Part shown: piece by piece, positions 39,851-51,055 of the stretch
How positions within the stretch are numbered: the stretch's first letter is position 1
Layout of the letters: each line of letters starts with the position of its first letter
Origin: a candidate division FCPU426 bacterium
GTDB lineage: Bacteria; Oederibacteriota; Muellerivitia; Muellerivitales; Muellerivitaceae
Reading direction: 5' to 3'
Length of the DNA: 64,000 nt
Assembly (NCBI GenBank): GCA_963796105.1
Contig: CAWCKJ010000003.1
Span: 480,001-544,000, forward strand
Translations under genes and position numbers: made by a program
The notes under the pieces: generated by a model
What the model was told of the DNA's origin: nothing
What the model saw: the letters and a program-made list of their open reading frames with translations, nothing else
Database searches by the model: none

Positions 39851-40801
39851 TTATTTTGTGCATTCCTTGTAAAAGTCGTAGCAGTTGTCCTTGTTCACCT
39901 TGTCATCCCGCCATTTCATGGCGTCGCGCGGGTGCTGGTTGAGAAGCCCCGAAATGCCGTAGATATCGTTGAACCCCCACTCCATCTTCTCCCGGAGCGG
40001 GACGAAATGCTCCTGGATGACCTTGTAGACGGGCCGGACGTCGAATTTCGGGTTTTGCAGGAACCCCAAAAGGAGCTCCAGGGGGCAGTTGCCCGCTCCC
40101 CGGCCCATGCCGTTGATGGTGGCGTCCAGCATGTTCACTCCCTCGATGATGCACTGCTGGGTGTTGGCGTAAGCCAGCTGGATGTTGTTGTGGCCGTGGA
40201 AACCCAGTTTCTCAATGGGGACATACTTCTTGTAGAGGTTCAGGTAATAGGTGATCTGCTCGGAGTAAAAGGCCCCGTAGGTGTCCACCAGGTACAGGCA
40301 GTCCACCTCCGGCGTCTTGGAAACGTCCTCCAGAGCCTCGTTGAGCTCCGTCTCGATGGCCGCCGACACCGCCATGATGTTAAGGGAGGTGTCGTAACCC
40401 TTGTCCTTGGAGCGCTTGACCGCGTCCAGGGCCTTGTCGATCTGGGGCACGTAGCAGGCCGTGCGGATCATGTCCACGGGGCTGTCCTTTTTTTCGTTGA
40501 GCCCGTTAAGGTCGATGCGGCCGATGTCGAACATGACCGCAAGCTTGGGATGATAGGACCCCTTGTAGCTCCCCACCACCCGCTTCAAGAGCTCCTCGTC
40601 GCAAAAATTCCAAGGGCCGAACTTGGAGCGCGGGTATTCGTCGCTCTCCACGAGCTTCTTGCCCAGCTCGATGATGTCCACCCCCGCGCCGGAGACGGCG
40701 GCGTAAACCGCCTTCACGAAATCCTCGGTGAACTGGTAATTGTTGATCAACCCCCCGTCGCGGATGGTGCAATCCAAGACCTTGAGCTCTTTTCGAAACA
40801 T
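39851..40801 (-). CDS. HMGL-like/DRE-TIM aldolase (4-hydroxy-2-oxovalerate aldolase-like)
   Basis: LDCTIRDGG, GFHGHNN, GMGRGAGN. Confidence 0.88.
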   Translation of the reverse strand: MFRKELKVLDCTIRDGGLINNYQFTEDFVKAVYAAVSGAGVDIIELGKKLVESDEYPRSKFGPWNFCDEELLKRVVGSYKGSYHPKLAVMFDIGRIDLNGLNEKKDSPVDMIRTACYVPQIDKALDAVKRSKDKGYDTSLNIMAVSAAIETELNEALEDVSKTPEVDCLYLVDTYGAFYSEQITYYLNLYKKYVPIEKLGFHGHNNIQLAYANTQQCIIEGVNMLDATINGMGRGAGNCPLELLLGFLQNPKFDVRPVYKVIQEHFVPLREKMEWGFNDIYGISGLLNQHPRDAMKWRDDKVNKDNCYDFYKECTK

Positions 40802-40959
40802 GGGATGTCCTTTTTGAGAATTGGGATTTCAACAGCAAATCAGGGCCGGTTTTTCCGCCAGACCCCTTAAAACACCGACACATCCTAAACCCGCTGGCTT
40901 TGGCCGTAAATCTGAATATTTGTTGTTGCTTGCTTTATAGAAAGACCTTTTCAGTGATT

Positions 40960-41367
40960 TCAGCGGATCCCCTGCTGGTTGAGGAAAGGGCCGTATTCCT
41001 TGTCGATCACCTTGATGTGCTGGGTCAGCCATTCCTTGAGGTAATTCATCACCTTTTGGGAGATGAGATACTCCCCGGCGTCGTATTGGGAGCGAAATTT
41101 TTGGATTTGGCGGACGAACACTTTGTGTTCAAGACGGTGCAGGTCCATGTCGGGATAGTTGAATTTTTCCAAAAGTCCTTCCTCATAGGAAAAGTGCTTC
41201 TGGATATATGCAGACAGGCCCTTGAATGTGGCTTCCATCTCGTTCCATCCATGGCCCTCGGTCATGGCCTGGTGCAGGTCATTGACCAGGTCGATCAGGT
41301 TTCGGTGCTGGTCGTCGATTTCCGCGACCCCCACCGAAAAATCACTGGTCCAGGCGATAAAAGGCAT
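40960..41367 (-). CDS. Bacteriohemerythrin
   Basis: W...FSVGV.EIDDQH, HF..EE, H..EH, WL..HI...D. Confidence 0.93.
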   Translation of the reverse strand: MPFIAWTSDFSVGVAEIDDQHRNLIDLVNDLHQAMTEGHGWNEMEATFKGLSAYIQKHFSYEEGLLEKFNYPDMDLHRLEHKVFVRQIQKFRSQYDAGEYLISQKVMNYLKEWLTQHIKVIDKEYGPFLNQQGIR

Positions 41368-41548
41368 GTATTCCAATCCTCAAGAGGTCAACGAAATTGG
41401 CATGGGACCCAGCCATCAGTAGATTATAAGGCGTATTTCGGAAGCCGGAGTTGAAAATGAGACAATGGATGATAGAAACCTCGAGACATGCTTAGGGCGG
41501 ATTAAGAATGAGGAATCAAAAACCGGGATCGGTAAAACACTAGGGGAA

Positions 41549-41827
41549 TTATTTAATTTTCGCGGACCATCGAGTCAGGTAGTTTTTCAACAAGTCCGTG
41601 TCCTCTTCCTTGATGGCCTCGAAGTGCAGGCCCTCCCCGTTCTCCGTGGCCCAAACCACTTCGCCGAACGCCGAAAGGATATGGGAAGTCTCGGGAAGGT
41701 TTATCTCAAGGCGGACTATATTTCCTACGCTCAAACCCGAATCCCCCGCCAGGCAAAGGCCGCCCAGGCTCACATTGACGGTATGGCTGACTCGCTCTCC
41801 GCTTTTGCGGTCAAAAATCGACTTCAT
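41549..41827 (-). CDS. PilZ-domain protein (start uncertain)
   Basis: NVSLGG, GEVVW, GLHF. Confidence 0.75.
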   Translation of the reverse strand: MKSIFDRKSGERVSHTVNVSLGGLCLAGDSGLSVGNIVRLEINLPETSHILSAFGEVVWATENGEGLHFEAIKEEDTDLLKNYLTRWSAKIK

Positions 41828-42343
41828 TTCCTTCTACTATCCAGAACCCGGTGCTTGACGGGAATACTAAGCGGGACCCTGGGATGGATTCTTTTTTCGG
41901 TGAACCTATTCACGTCGGGCATATAGGGCTTCCTTAAATTCGGTATTTATTTGAGCCGACCAATCTGATGGCGCAATTGATAAATCCGGCTCCATAAACA
42001 CTTTCAGGATACTGAGGCTTAAGGGGGAAATCCTCATTAAACGGGAGAAAATGCGTTAAACGGTTTATCTCAAAAATGTCAGGCTTATCCGGCTTGAATT
42101 TCCCTATCCCCTTTTAAATCACGGGTTAATTCCATTTTCGAAGCCGGATATTGAGCGATTTGGGACTCAATGGCGGATTTGTTTATCGATGAAGGCATTT
42201 TCGTTACAGTGAAAATCCGGGAATCAAAAGCTAAACTAGGACCCTCGAATGCCTTAATTCCGACGGATCATGAAATTGACTGAGTGGAACGGATTTAGAT
42301 AAACAATATTTCAAGGGTTTGAAAAGAATAAAACGAGGAAAAA

Positions 42344-42388
42344 TGGTGCCGAGGGCCAGAATCGAACTGGCGACACGCGGATTTTCAG
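42344..42388 (-). other. 3' half of tRNA-Phe(GAA): attachment site of an integrated element
   Basis: Minus strand CTGAAAATCCGCGTGTCGCCAGTTCGATTCTGGCCCTCGGCACCA: anticodon loop, T-arm and CCA; 5' half absent; beside integrase. Confidence 0.88.
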
Positions 42389-42534
42389 CGCTCGGTTCCA
42401 TCATTGGGTTCGTCTCAAAAAATGTTCTAAAACCATTTACTGAGGCCGCTTTTACGACGCGTCAACAAACGGTCTAAACTTCAACTACCCTCAAATGTCT
42501 TATACGCGTCTTTCACACTCGACTTTCGAGTGTC

Positions 42535-43587
42535 TTATTCCTTTCCTTCAACCCCAACTTCTCCAAGGCCAAGTGGCGGTCGTCCGGCCCACCGTGTCAT
42601 AGCGCCTGAACATGGCATGCGTTTTATGCCCGCTGATGCTCATGATGACGTTGTCCGGGACACCCGCTTTTCTCAGGTTCGTGACCGACAACGCCTAAGA
42701 TCATGAAAGCGAAAATCCTTGATTCCCGCCCTCTCACAAGCCCTGTGGAACGCCTTTCGGATATTCCCGATGAATTTGCCCTTGAAGGTGAATACAAACC
42801 CGTGTCCCAAGGAAGCGGAATCCCGTGAAGTATTTCCAAAAGCTCTTCATTCAGGGGAATTTCTCGTTTTTCCTGATTTTTAGTGGATTCCGCTTCCAAA
42901 ACTATGACCTTGTTTTGAAAATCCACTTGGTCCCACCTAAGCCGCAAAATCTCCCCCTTCCTCATCGCCGTAACATAGGCCAACTGAACGATTGGCTTCA
43001 GGTGGCCGGAGCATTGAGAGAGGAGTCGCAATATTCATCCGGCGTCAGGGTCCTTGATCGCGGATTCTCCTTGAAAAGTTTTAAGCCCTCAAGGGGATTC
43101 CTATCAAGTTGCCTGTTCAAGACAGACCGGCGAATAATGGTCTTCAAACAGGCGATTTCCCGGTTAAGGGTTGCGCCCTTTAATTCCAAACCCGCCTGCT
43201 GTCTTTGACTTCGGCGAAAAACGACGTATTTTGCAATTTGGTCCAACGTCAGGCTTTCTAATAAACGATCCCCGAAAAAACCCTTGAGATGACCGACAAT
43301 CTGTTCATCCCGGTGAAAACTTTTCTTCATGGATTGCGAATAAGCCAAAAACGCATCTGCGGCCTCACTGAATATCAGCTTCGGCGTTTCCGAGGCCAAA
43401 AACCGATTATCAACAATTGCCTGCATGTGTTGGGCCAATACCTTTTTTGCTTGCGCCAAAGGAATTTGTCCCAATCGGACCCTTTTTCTTCTCGTGACTC
43501 CTTCCTCCTGGACTATGTAGTCCAGGAATATGCCCCATCATCCCTTCTTAGATGCTGGGGTAAGCCGTGAACATTAGGTTTACTCAT
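42535..43587 (-). pseudogene. Tyrosine integrase with multiple frameshifts
   Basis: Pieces in different frames: TLNREIA.LK, TAMRKGEI..LRW, FHDLR, SGHKT..MF.RYD. Confidence 0.88.
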
Positions 43588-43859
43588 TGTCCTCTCCTAA
43601 TGTCCCTTGCAGTTGTTATTTTATCAGGATTGGTTTTAAATTCCAACGCACCATTCAACGGAGGTTTGTGGAACGTCCTTTGGAAATCCGAAAGCCATAT
43701 CCTGGGATGTCGTCCGACTTTCACAAAAGGCAAAGTGCCGGAATTCCGCCAGAATCGGACGGTTCGTACCGGCACCTTCGCCATGTGGGATACCTCATCG
43801 TCCGTCATGAGGTCATCCTTATCATTTTCCCGTCTTTTGACTGTTCTTCTTTCATTCAT
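43584..43859 (-). CDS. Excisionase-like HTH DNA-binding protein
   Basis: LMT.DEV.....VPVRTV.FWRNSG.LP..KVGR; ATGA overlap with integrase. Confidence 0.8.
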   Translation of the reverse strand: MNERRTVKRRENDKDDLMTDDEVSHMAKVPVRTVRFWRNSGTLPFVKVGRHPRIWLSDFQRTFHKPPLNGALEFKTNPDKITTARDIRRGQ

Positions 43860-44001
43860 TGGTCCATCTCCGCAATCGTTACTATTTTTTCGATTTCATT
43901 CTTTGTTTTCTTGCTTTGATTCCAATTCACAATCTTTTGGTTTTAAATAAAACGCCCATTGATAGACGTTTTTTAAAAGCTACCAAATTTCAATAATAGG
44001 A

Positions 44002-44172
44002 AACAGGTCCATAAATGGTCCTCTTATCACATTCAGGTTTATTTAAACCTATCAAAAAGCGGAACCGCCCAACAGGTCTTTAAAGTCCGCTTATCACATT
44101 TAGCGTTTATTTAAATCTATCAAAAATCGGAACCACTCAACAGGACCTGGGAAGTCCCCTATTTCATTTAAC
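44002..44172. repeat. Degenerate 68-69-bp tandem repeat (~2.5 copies)
   Basis: AACAGG...GTCC.CTTATCACATT...TTTATTTAAA.CTATCAAAAA.CGGAACC units at 44002, 44071, 44139. Confidence 0.75.
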
Positions 44173-45078
44173 TTTTTCCAAATATTTTCCTCAGCCATTA
44201 ACTTCAATTCTCCCATTTTCAGCCGAAAATAAAAACGAAAGGGGATTTCGTGTTAATTATTACCTGGCATTAACCCACCCCAATCAAAAGTTCAGCCATT
44301 CCTCCTCAAAAGCGTTTTTTTTGGTCCTTTGAATTCCATTCTCGTTTGTTTATCAATAAATAAAACATCCGTTCCCGGACGTTTTTAATGAAATCCCCAA
44401 ATTTTATTCTCGTATTATTAATCGTTAATTAAAACGATCATAACCGTCGTATTTCTTTTTCAGGCTACTAAGAAATTTTTCAAGAAACACCTATACAAAT
44501 CTGGGTGTTTAATAAATATTCAAAAACAAGAATTGGAGAATTTCAAAAATACTTATCCCTGGTTTGTTAAACCCTACCAAATCCCTGACGTGAAAAACAC
44601 GGCCGCTAACGCCGTGTTAAAAATCAGACAAGCCAACCATTCTTTGAGTGGTTGAAAAACCTACCAAATATGGTCATAAAGAAAAACCTCCCTTCGGGCG
44701 GTATTTTCAAACTATAACTGAGAGAATAAAACGTAGAAAAAACTACATATTATTTTGAATAGCAAATATCAATCCAAGTCATAAAAAAACCGGAATTATT
44801 ACGATATTTTCCAACTTCCGCCGGAAGGAATATACACGGTTGTAACCGTTTACGATTTGTAATGGCTTTCTCTGTAGTAATTGGGGAATTCCAATTGATT
44901 TTTCGGTAGGGGTACGTCTAGATGAGACGACATCGAATTCCAGCTTCTAAATTCATATTTACAACTTGGTAAAACAGAATGGGGTTTGACCTGCCCTCAG
45001 GCTTTTGCCTCAAGAGGAATGATCGATTAATTGTTAATAGGGTGAGATTGAATCCGTTGGATCTTCAAAAAAATACCT

Positions 45079-46140
45079 TTAAATCTTCTTATATCTCGTT
45101 GTCCGGCCCAAACCGATTCGCTCAACCTTCTTCAGGCGCATAAGCTTATCCAACACCTGGTTCACCGTCGGCCTAGCGACCTTTGCTTTTTTGGCAATCT
45201 CACCTGGGGTGGCTTCCTCTACCGTCTGGAGGTATTCCCAAACGGACAATTGCTTGGGTGAGAGGATTTTCCCGATATCCTCATGCGTCAAAAGCTTAAC
45301 CGCAGCCCTGGCCTGGCTCAAAATCATTGTCAAAAAGAACTCCAACCAAACGCTGATATCCTCGCGTTTCGTCGTGAGGGTCCTTTGACTCTTGCGCAGG
45401 GCCATGTAATAGTCGGGCTTGTTGTCCTCAACCAGTTTCTCATGGGATACATAGGGCATGAATAAATAACCCGCCTGGAGAAGTAGGAAGTTGGTCAGGA
45501 CACGGGATATCCTGCCGTTCCCATCCTCGAAAGGATGGATTTTCAGGAATTCCACGATGAAATTGCCAATGACCAGCAGGGGATGAAAATTTTTCTTCCC
45601 CAGTGCCTCTTGCGTCCATTCCACGAGTTCCTGCATTTCCTTGGCGGTCAGGTAGGCGGGAGTGGTGTCAAAAAGGATGCCGGCCGACTTCCCCGCCGCG
45701 TCGATCATGTGAACCTTGTTTTCCTTCTTCTTGTATTGCCCTCGGTGTAGCTTGTCCTTGTCAACGTACTTGAGCATTTCCTGGTGCAGATGCTTGATGG
45801 TCCCTTCGGTTAAACGGAGGGTCTCCCATGCGTCGAAGACGTTTTGAAGGAGCTCGAAGTAGCCCTTCACCTCCTGCTTGTCCCTGTCGGCGAATTTCTG
45901 GATGGAAATACCCCGCATCAGTTTCTCTATATCCTCGTCCGAGAGCAGGGCTCCCTCAATGCGGGTGGAGGCCCCAGTGGAAGTAACCAACACCGATCTC
46001 TTGAGGCGTCCCAGAATTTGGGGGCTGAGCTTGGCACCCGCCGTCCACTGGCCCTTCAATTCGTCGATCTGGGCGACCTTTGCCCATATCTCGCCTGAAA
46101 GCTGCTGGATTCTCTTTTCAAATTTCCCCTCAACGGCCAT
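45079..46140 (-). CDS. Fic-domain protein with C-terminal HTH
   Basis: HPFEDGNGRISR; STRIEG inhibitory motif. Confidence 0.93.
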   Translation of the reverse strand: MAVEGKFEKRIQQLSGEIWAKVAQIDELKGQWTAGAKLSPQILGRLKRSVLVTSTGASTRIEGALLSDEDIEKLMRGISIQKFADRDKQEVKGYFELLQNVFDAWETLRLTEGTIKHLHQEMLKYVDKDKLHRGQYKKKENKVHMIDAAGKSAGILFDTTPAYLTAKEMQELVEWTQEALGKKNFHPLLVIGNFIVEFLKIHPFEDGNGRISRVLTNFLLLQAGYLFMPYVSHEKLVEDNKPDYYMALRKSQRTLTTKREDISVWLEFFLTMILSQARAAVKLLTHEDIGKILSPKQLSVWEYLQTVEEATPGEIAKKAKVARPTVNQVLDKLMRLKKVERIGLGRTTRYKKI

Positions 46141-48080
46141 TTTTCAATCTCCTATTCAGTTCATATTCGAATGTATAAGATTATATAAGATTACCACATC
46201 CAATGAAAGAGGCCATTGCGCAAGAGGTATGACGACAATGACTCTCCGGTTTCGGAGGTAGGGTCCTGTCATCCTTGAACATGTGCGGTTTATGTTCTCG
46301 AAGCTTGATATTCCAAACACAAACCGATCTTGAATCCATAGGAAACACCATCTTTCTTTCCAACAAATCCGCGCCGCCAACGGGGTCACGACGGCACACC
46401 GGCCCGGTGGCTGTCGTTTCCCTCCACCGAGTTTCATATCGAGGCCTCTTAATCATCATGTAATTTTTTTGCGGCTTTCCGAAACGAAATTTGGGCAAAC
46501 ATTCCCCAAGTCTTACCAGACAAAACCCTGTAAGACCTTTTGCAGGGCGATTTCGATTTCCTCGTCCGGAACCTTCCAGCCTAGGGCCTCCGGCTTCTGT
46601 CCTTCCGCCTTCTGCGGTTCCTTCTCCTGCGTGTTCTTTTCGTCCATGCCCATCACCCCCTTTTTTCTTTGTTTTTTTTGTTGGCTATTCGCCTTTAAAA
46701 AACCGCCTTCCACCTCCCCCCTCAAAAACCCGAGGGGGGAGGGGAAGGCAAATGCGGGAGTTTTGGGAGTTCGTGCGGAAAAACGTCCTGAAAATAAGGA
46801 AGGGGAAAACAAAGTAAGGCCACCCTTTACTTTTGTGACAGCCGCACATTCCGGCTGGCGCAAAAGTTGCCTTGCAAGGGGGCCGTGTTAGGTAAGAAAA
46901 CTGCCATTGGGCCTCGGGACGAACTACCGAAACTATCTCTCGTCCTAAGACCTCAACTACCGGACTTCTTTGTCTTGTTTATGGGTTTGCTGCTGAACTA
47001 CAGGAGGGACTAACAACTAAGTTCCACAAGGAAGGAAAAACCACTTCACCACCCACCACCGTCGAAGTCGGGCCCAGTTCTTTTTCGGAATCCCCGCTAC
47101 CCGAAGCGCCGGTTCCCCGTCAGGGGAACTGCCAACGGCATTTCAAAAATGGGAAACCGAGTGGGTATCACTTTTGTTACCACGAAATTTTCCATTTTTG
47201 AAACGGCCATGAGGCCTCAAAGTCCCCTTTCATTTATCGGCGGCGTGCCGGGATGGCATTTTTCGTTCATCCAGGCGTGCCGCCGCCGCAGGGGAAGTGC
47301 CAATCGGATAAACCGAAATGAAGCCTTTCACCTTCCCACGGAGTGCTAATTAAAAAGGCGTAATGAGGTTTTCCGCTTGGCGGGGTCCCCGGCGGGAAAT
47401 GAAAGGGAGTTTACGGCTACCACCTCGCTCTCCCGCCACCGGTTCAAGGGATTCCAAAGGGTATTTTCCCTTTGGCAAGGGGCTTGGGGGCAGACGCCAC
47501 CAAGGGAAAGGGGTGCGGGAGAGATCGGGCCGCGTTGTTCCTTTGGCGGCCCAGCTCGACCCAGGGGGAAGGCCCAGTGCTAAGGAGCCGTAGGCTCCTT
47601 AGCGCGTTCCCCCCCTTAAAAAGCCTAAAGTTTTCCTTAGGGGGTTCCTATCAAATCTATTTAATCTTCTAAATCCCGGATATCCAATAAGATATAAAAA
47701 CAACCTTCTATCGCGTATTTAGCCCGGCTTCCTGGGGGGTTCCAAGGAAGCCGGGCTATCTTTGGAATTGTCATAGTTCCTTTTGACTTTTACCTGCTCT
47801 CATTCCAGCTTCTAGCACCCCTTTAATAACACCACCAACCCCTAAACCGTTACCCCCGCCGACCTTCATCTAACACTTACTCACTACCATTCACCTTGCT
47901 GTTACCAACCTTTGACACCCACCTACCACTGCTACCATTTTCTACGGTCTTCTTTACCTGCACCACCTTTGACTCCTGCTACCACTTCCCTCACGTACTC
48001 CCACTTCTGTTCTCTTTCTTCTTTGTCTTTCTCAATTACTCTTTTATCTACGCATCAATTCAAGTTTTACAATTTATTAA

Positions 48081-48176
48081 GGTTTTCTCAGCGAAGAGGG
48101 CGAACCCCCCTATCGTTTCTAGCATCATTACTTGATGCGTAGATAGGGGGGTTCGCCATCAGAGCATGAGAAAACC
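48081..48176. repeat. Long interrupted inverted repeat (cruciform)
   Basis: GGTTTTCTCA/TGAGAAAACC; perfect 16-bp GGCGAACCCCCCTATC/GATAGGGGGGTTCGCC; inner GCATCA/TGATGC. Confidence 0.85.
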
Positions 48177-48470
48177 CGCCTTAAACAATCTCCAAACCCA
48201 CTTTTTGCTTTCAAATGGTTTGAAAGCCTTTCAACCGCGACTAAAGTCGCCACCAACCGCCCATGCCACCCCCTCCCATCCGGTCTTTTCCCGGTTTAGG
48301 TCATCCTGGCGATGGGCAAGCCCCTGAGCCGGGTCGTGTAGTGCGGGGGCTGTTACAAAAGCAAAACCCCGTAAAAGCCTCATTCTGCTTATGCGGGGTT
48401 CCTGTTTTTCTAAATTGTTAAGGTGATCTTTTTTTGCTGGTTTTTCCCGGTCCGTTATAGGTGCAACCGT

Positions 48471-48656
48471 TTATCGTTTCCTGGCCAACTTCTCCTGCCG
48501 GGCTTTTTCACTACTAGCTATTAAATCGCCGGATTTTTCCTGGCATTTCTTGTGGAATCCTTCCCACCCGAGTCTGTCAATTTCCCTGGGCACTTTACGT
48601 TTCCAAGCCCTTACTTCCAAAAGGCTTTTCGGTTCCGTGTATTTAATCTTTTTCAT
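48471..48656 (-). CDS. Small hypothetical protein (PIN partner)
   Basis: Overlaps PIN remnant; L.EVRAWKRK motif. Confidence 0.5.
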   Translation of the reverse strand: MKKIKYTEPKSLLEVRAWKRKVPREIDRLGWEGFHKKCQEKSGDLIASSEKARQEKLARKR

Positions 48657-48846
48657 CGCCCAAAACCTCCAACGGCGTTACCAACTGGATGGGAAAAGTA
48701 TATCCCTTTTCAAGGTTCAAAACCATTACCCGTTTTCGACGGTTTACATTGGCCAAATGCCTAAAATTCCAACTCACCAAGGCATCCATTTCATAAACTG
48801 TCGAATAAGCCACATGCAAAGCATCAACACGGTTTCTTTTCGGCAA
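48643..48846 (-). pseudogene. PIN-domain protein C-terminal remnant
   Basis: DALHVA...DALVSWNFRHLAN...TPLEV; N-terminal half missing. Confidence 0.75.
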
Positions 48847-49030
48847 TACCCCACTTTTCGACCGGCGCGGACAGTCGGAAGCATTGAAGGAAAAATCCGG
48901 AATAAAACATGGTTGGGGAGCCTATTGAACTTCTATTACCGTTACGGAAATCAACAAATTACCAATGAAAACCCCAAGGAAAACGTCTCATGAATATTTT
49001 TACCCAAAGGGGTAGATCGAGAATCGAAAA

Positions 49031-51055
49031 TTAAAAACCTTTATAAGAAGACTTAAAAGGGATGATTTTCCGGTGAAGAAGTTCGAAGGCCAACCAATAA
49101 CTAACAAGGAGATGCCCCTCCGTCGTGAAATGATCCTTTTCACTGATTTCCGAAAAAGGGTAGAAACTGATACGGTAAGAATTCATTTCAGGACTCAAAT
49201 CGATGTAATCGACTTGAGCTTTCTCGACCACGTTTCTAAAAAAGGCCGTGCCCATTTGCGGTTGCGACACTCCAGCCGCAGGCAACAAAGCTTCCACAAG
49301 CCGAATCGGCTTACCTTGGCTAGTCTTCATTTCATTAAGCTTTTTCTTAAAAAGCGCTATGGGTTCCGAGAACATTTGAGCGGCACAATCCAGGAATTCA
49401 GGATCGGTTGGAAAAGGTTGGTAGACCCATTGAATTTTGTTTTCTGGGTTAATAGTACAGATCTTTTTGGCAAGGCCGAGGTCCAAAAGTTTCTTCGGGG
49501 TGCCGTTTCGAATTCTTTCCTGGATAGGTTTCAGAATAAATTCGGGGTCAAATTTATCGGCGGGAATTCCCTGGTCGGTCAGGGGCTTGTCAAAATAAGA
49601 TTCCAAATCAAAGTTGGGGGTAAAAACACCCAAAACCATATCCACATCATACGTCTGGGCTAATTCGGGTAAAGCGTAATAAGACCAAATATTGAAGTTT
49701 TCATATGAGACCTTCCAGTAATGCAAAACCTCGAAACGTGTCGGCACATCCAATAGTGAAGCCATCATGTTGAGAGCCGTCTCCAACCGCTTGCTCATGA
49801 TGACGCTACGGTCCCCATAGACCCCATCCGGCGAGGAATGAGGGTCGTCGTGAATGTTAGTCGCTGTCCGCGAATCCCCAAATAAAAGAATTCGAAAAGT
49901 TCGGGGCGGCTTTCGCCGAGGGTATTCGTAGTCATAAAGACCTCCGCTGCTTACCGTATTCGTTTTTTGAAAGTCGACCATGGATAAATCCCTATAGGAT
50001 GTCACGATATTCAAAACGGAATGGGATAGGTAGAGTTTTCGATCCGATTGAGGGTCTGGAACCAAGGCCATTTTATAGGTGTCTCCATTTACTTCGCTAA
50101 AAAATGCGCATAAAGAAGGTTCCTGTATTGTTTTACCCCATATCGAAATGAAAGTGACGGGTTGATAGGCGGGAGTCAGGCGGGCCAGCGGAGCAGTCGT
50201 CACTCTTTGAATCGCGTAAAGAATCTTCCCGGACCAGGCCAGACTTTCAATCTTTTCGCCTTGGGCGAAAGGACTCCAGGTGAATGTGGTTCCCTGTCCG
50301 GCGATACTGATGGGAAGCCCTTCAAAAACCTGTTGACCACTTTGGTCCACCATATAAAGTTTATTGTCGTACCCGCAAAGTGCCGTCGGTCGAGGAATTT
50401 CAGACTTCCCTCTAATCACCGTTGTGACTTGGAGCGTCTTTATATCCAAAGCCCGCAAAGCACCGTAGTCCGGCTGGGTAAAATAAAGTTTCCCTTGGGA
50501 AGCCAAATAAACCATGTTATAAATGTCTCCCGCCTGGGCCTTTCTTCCTTCCCCATCGCTAACGCCGTTCTGTCCATTCCCGACTATGGTGGTCACGTTT
50601 TTCGACTTCAGGTTGATTAAACGAATACAAAAATCGCCTTCATCACTAACGGCGATTTGTTCATCCGGGAGATATGCCATTTCATTGGGTTGGCTGAAAG
50701 TGGCGTCGGTAAGGGATCCGTCCTTATTTCCGACCGCACCGGTCCCAGCAAGGGTGGTAACCTGGTTGGAATGCTCCAAGTCCACCATTCGGATGCAATG
50801 GTTTCCCCTATCGGCAATGTAAAGCCTGGTTCCTTCCGGATTGATAGTCATTCCGCAAGGACTATTAAAACGCGATGTATAAAAAGTTCCGTTAATCAAT
50901 CCCGCATGTAAATCGCCCGCTACCAGATCTTGGAAGCTGCTCATGGGTCCCAGGGCAAGGGAAGGGAGGGGAAACATAAGCGGGAATAACAGCGACCACA
51001 GGAAACGTTTCACCACCAAAAGTGCTGTTTCCTGAAGAACCGGCTTTCGATTCAT
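49031..51055 (-). CDS. Secreted NHL-repeat protein with C-terminal SGNH-hydrolase-like domain
   Basis: FNSP.G, LYIAD.GNH.IR, TTLAGTG; ILLFGDS and DHFT.EGH motifs. Confidence 0.8.
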   Translation of the reverse strand: MNRKPVLQETALLVVKRFLWSLLFPLMFPLPSLALGPMSSFQDLVAGDLHAGLINGTFYTSRFNSPCGMTINPEGTRLYIADRGNHCIRMVDLEHSNQVTTLAGTGAVGNKDGSLTDATFSQPNEMAYLPDEQIAVSDEGDFCIRLINLKSKNVTTIVGNGQNGVSDGEGRKAQAGDIYNMVYLASQGKLYFTQPDYGALRALDIKTLQVTTVIRGKSEIPRPTALCGYDNKLYMVDQSGQQVFEGLPISIAGQGTTFTWSPFAQGEKIESLAWSGKILYAIQRVTTAPLARLTPAYQPVTFISIWGKTIQEPSLCAFFSEVNGDTYKMALVPDPQSDRKLYLSHSVLNIVTSYRDLSMVDFQKTNTVSSGGLYDYEYPRRKPPRTFRILLFGDSRTATNIHDDPHSSPDGVYGDRSVIMSKRLETALNMMASLLDVPTRFEVLHYWKVSYENFNIWSYYALPELAQTYDVDMVLGVFTPNFDLESYFDKPLTDQGIPADKFDPEFILKPIQERIRNGTPKKLLDLGLAKKICTINPENKIQWVYQPFPTDPEFLDCAAQMFSEPIALFKKKLNEMKTSQGKPIRLVEALLPAAGVSQPQMGTAFFRNVVEKAQVDYIDLSPEMNSYRISFYPFSEISEKDHFTTEGHLLVSYWLAFELLHRKIIPFKSSYKGF

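Noticed and set aside
42344..42420. Functional tRNA-Phe gene
   Set aside because: D-arm and 5' acceptor strand are absent; similarity stops at the anticodon loop
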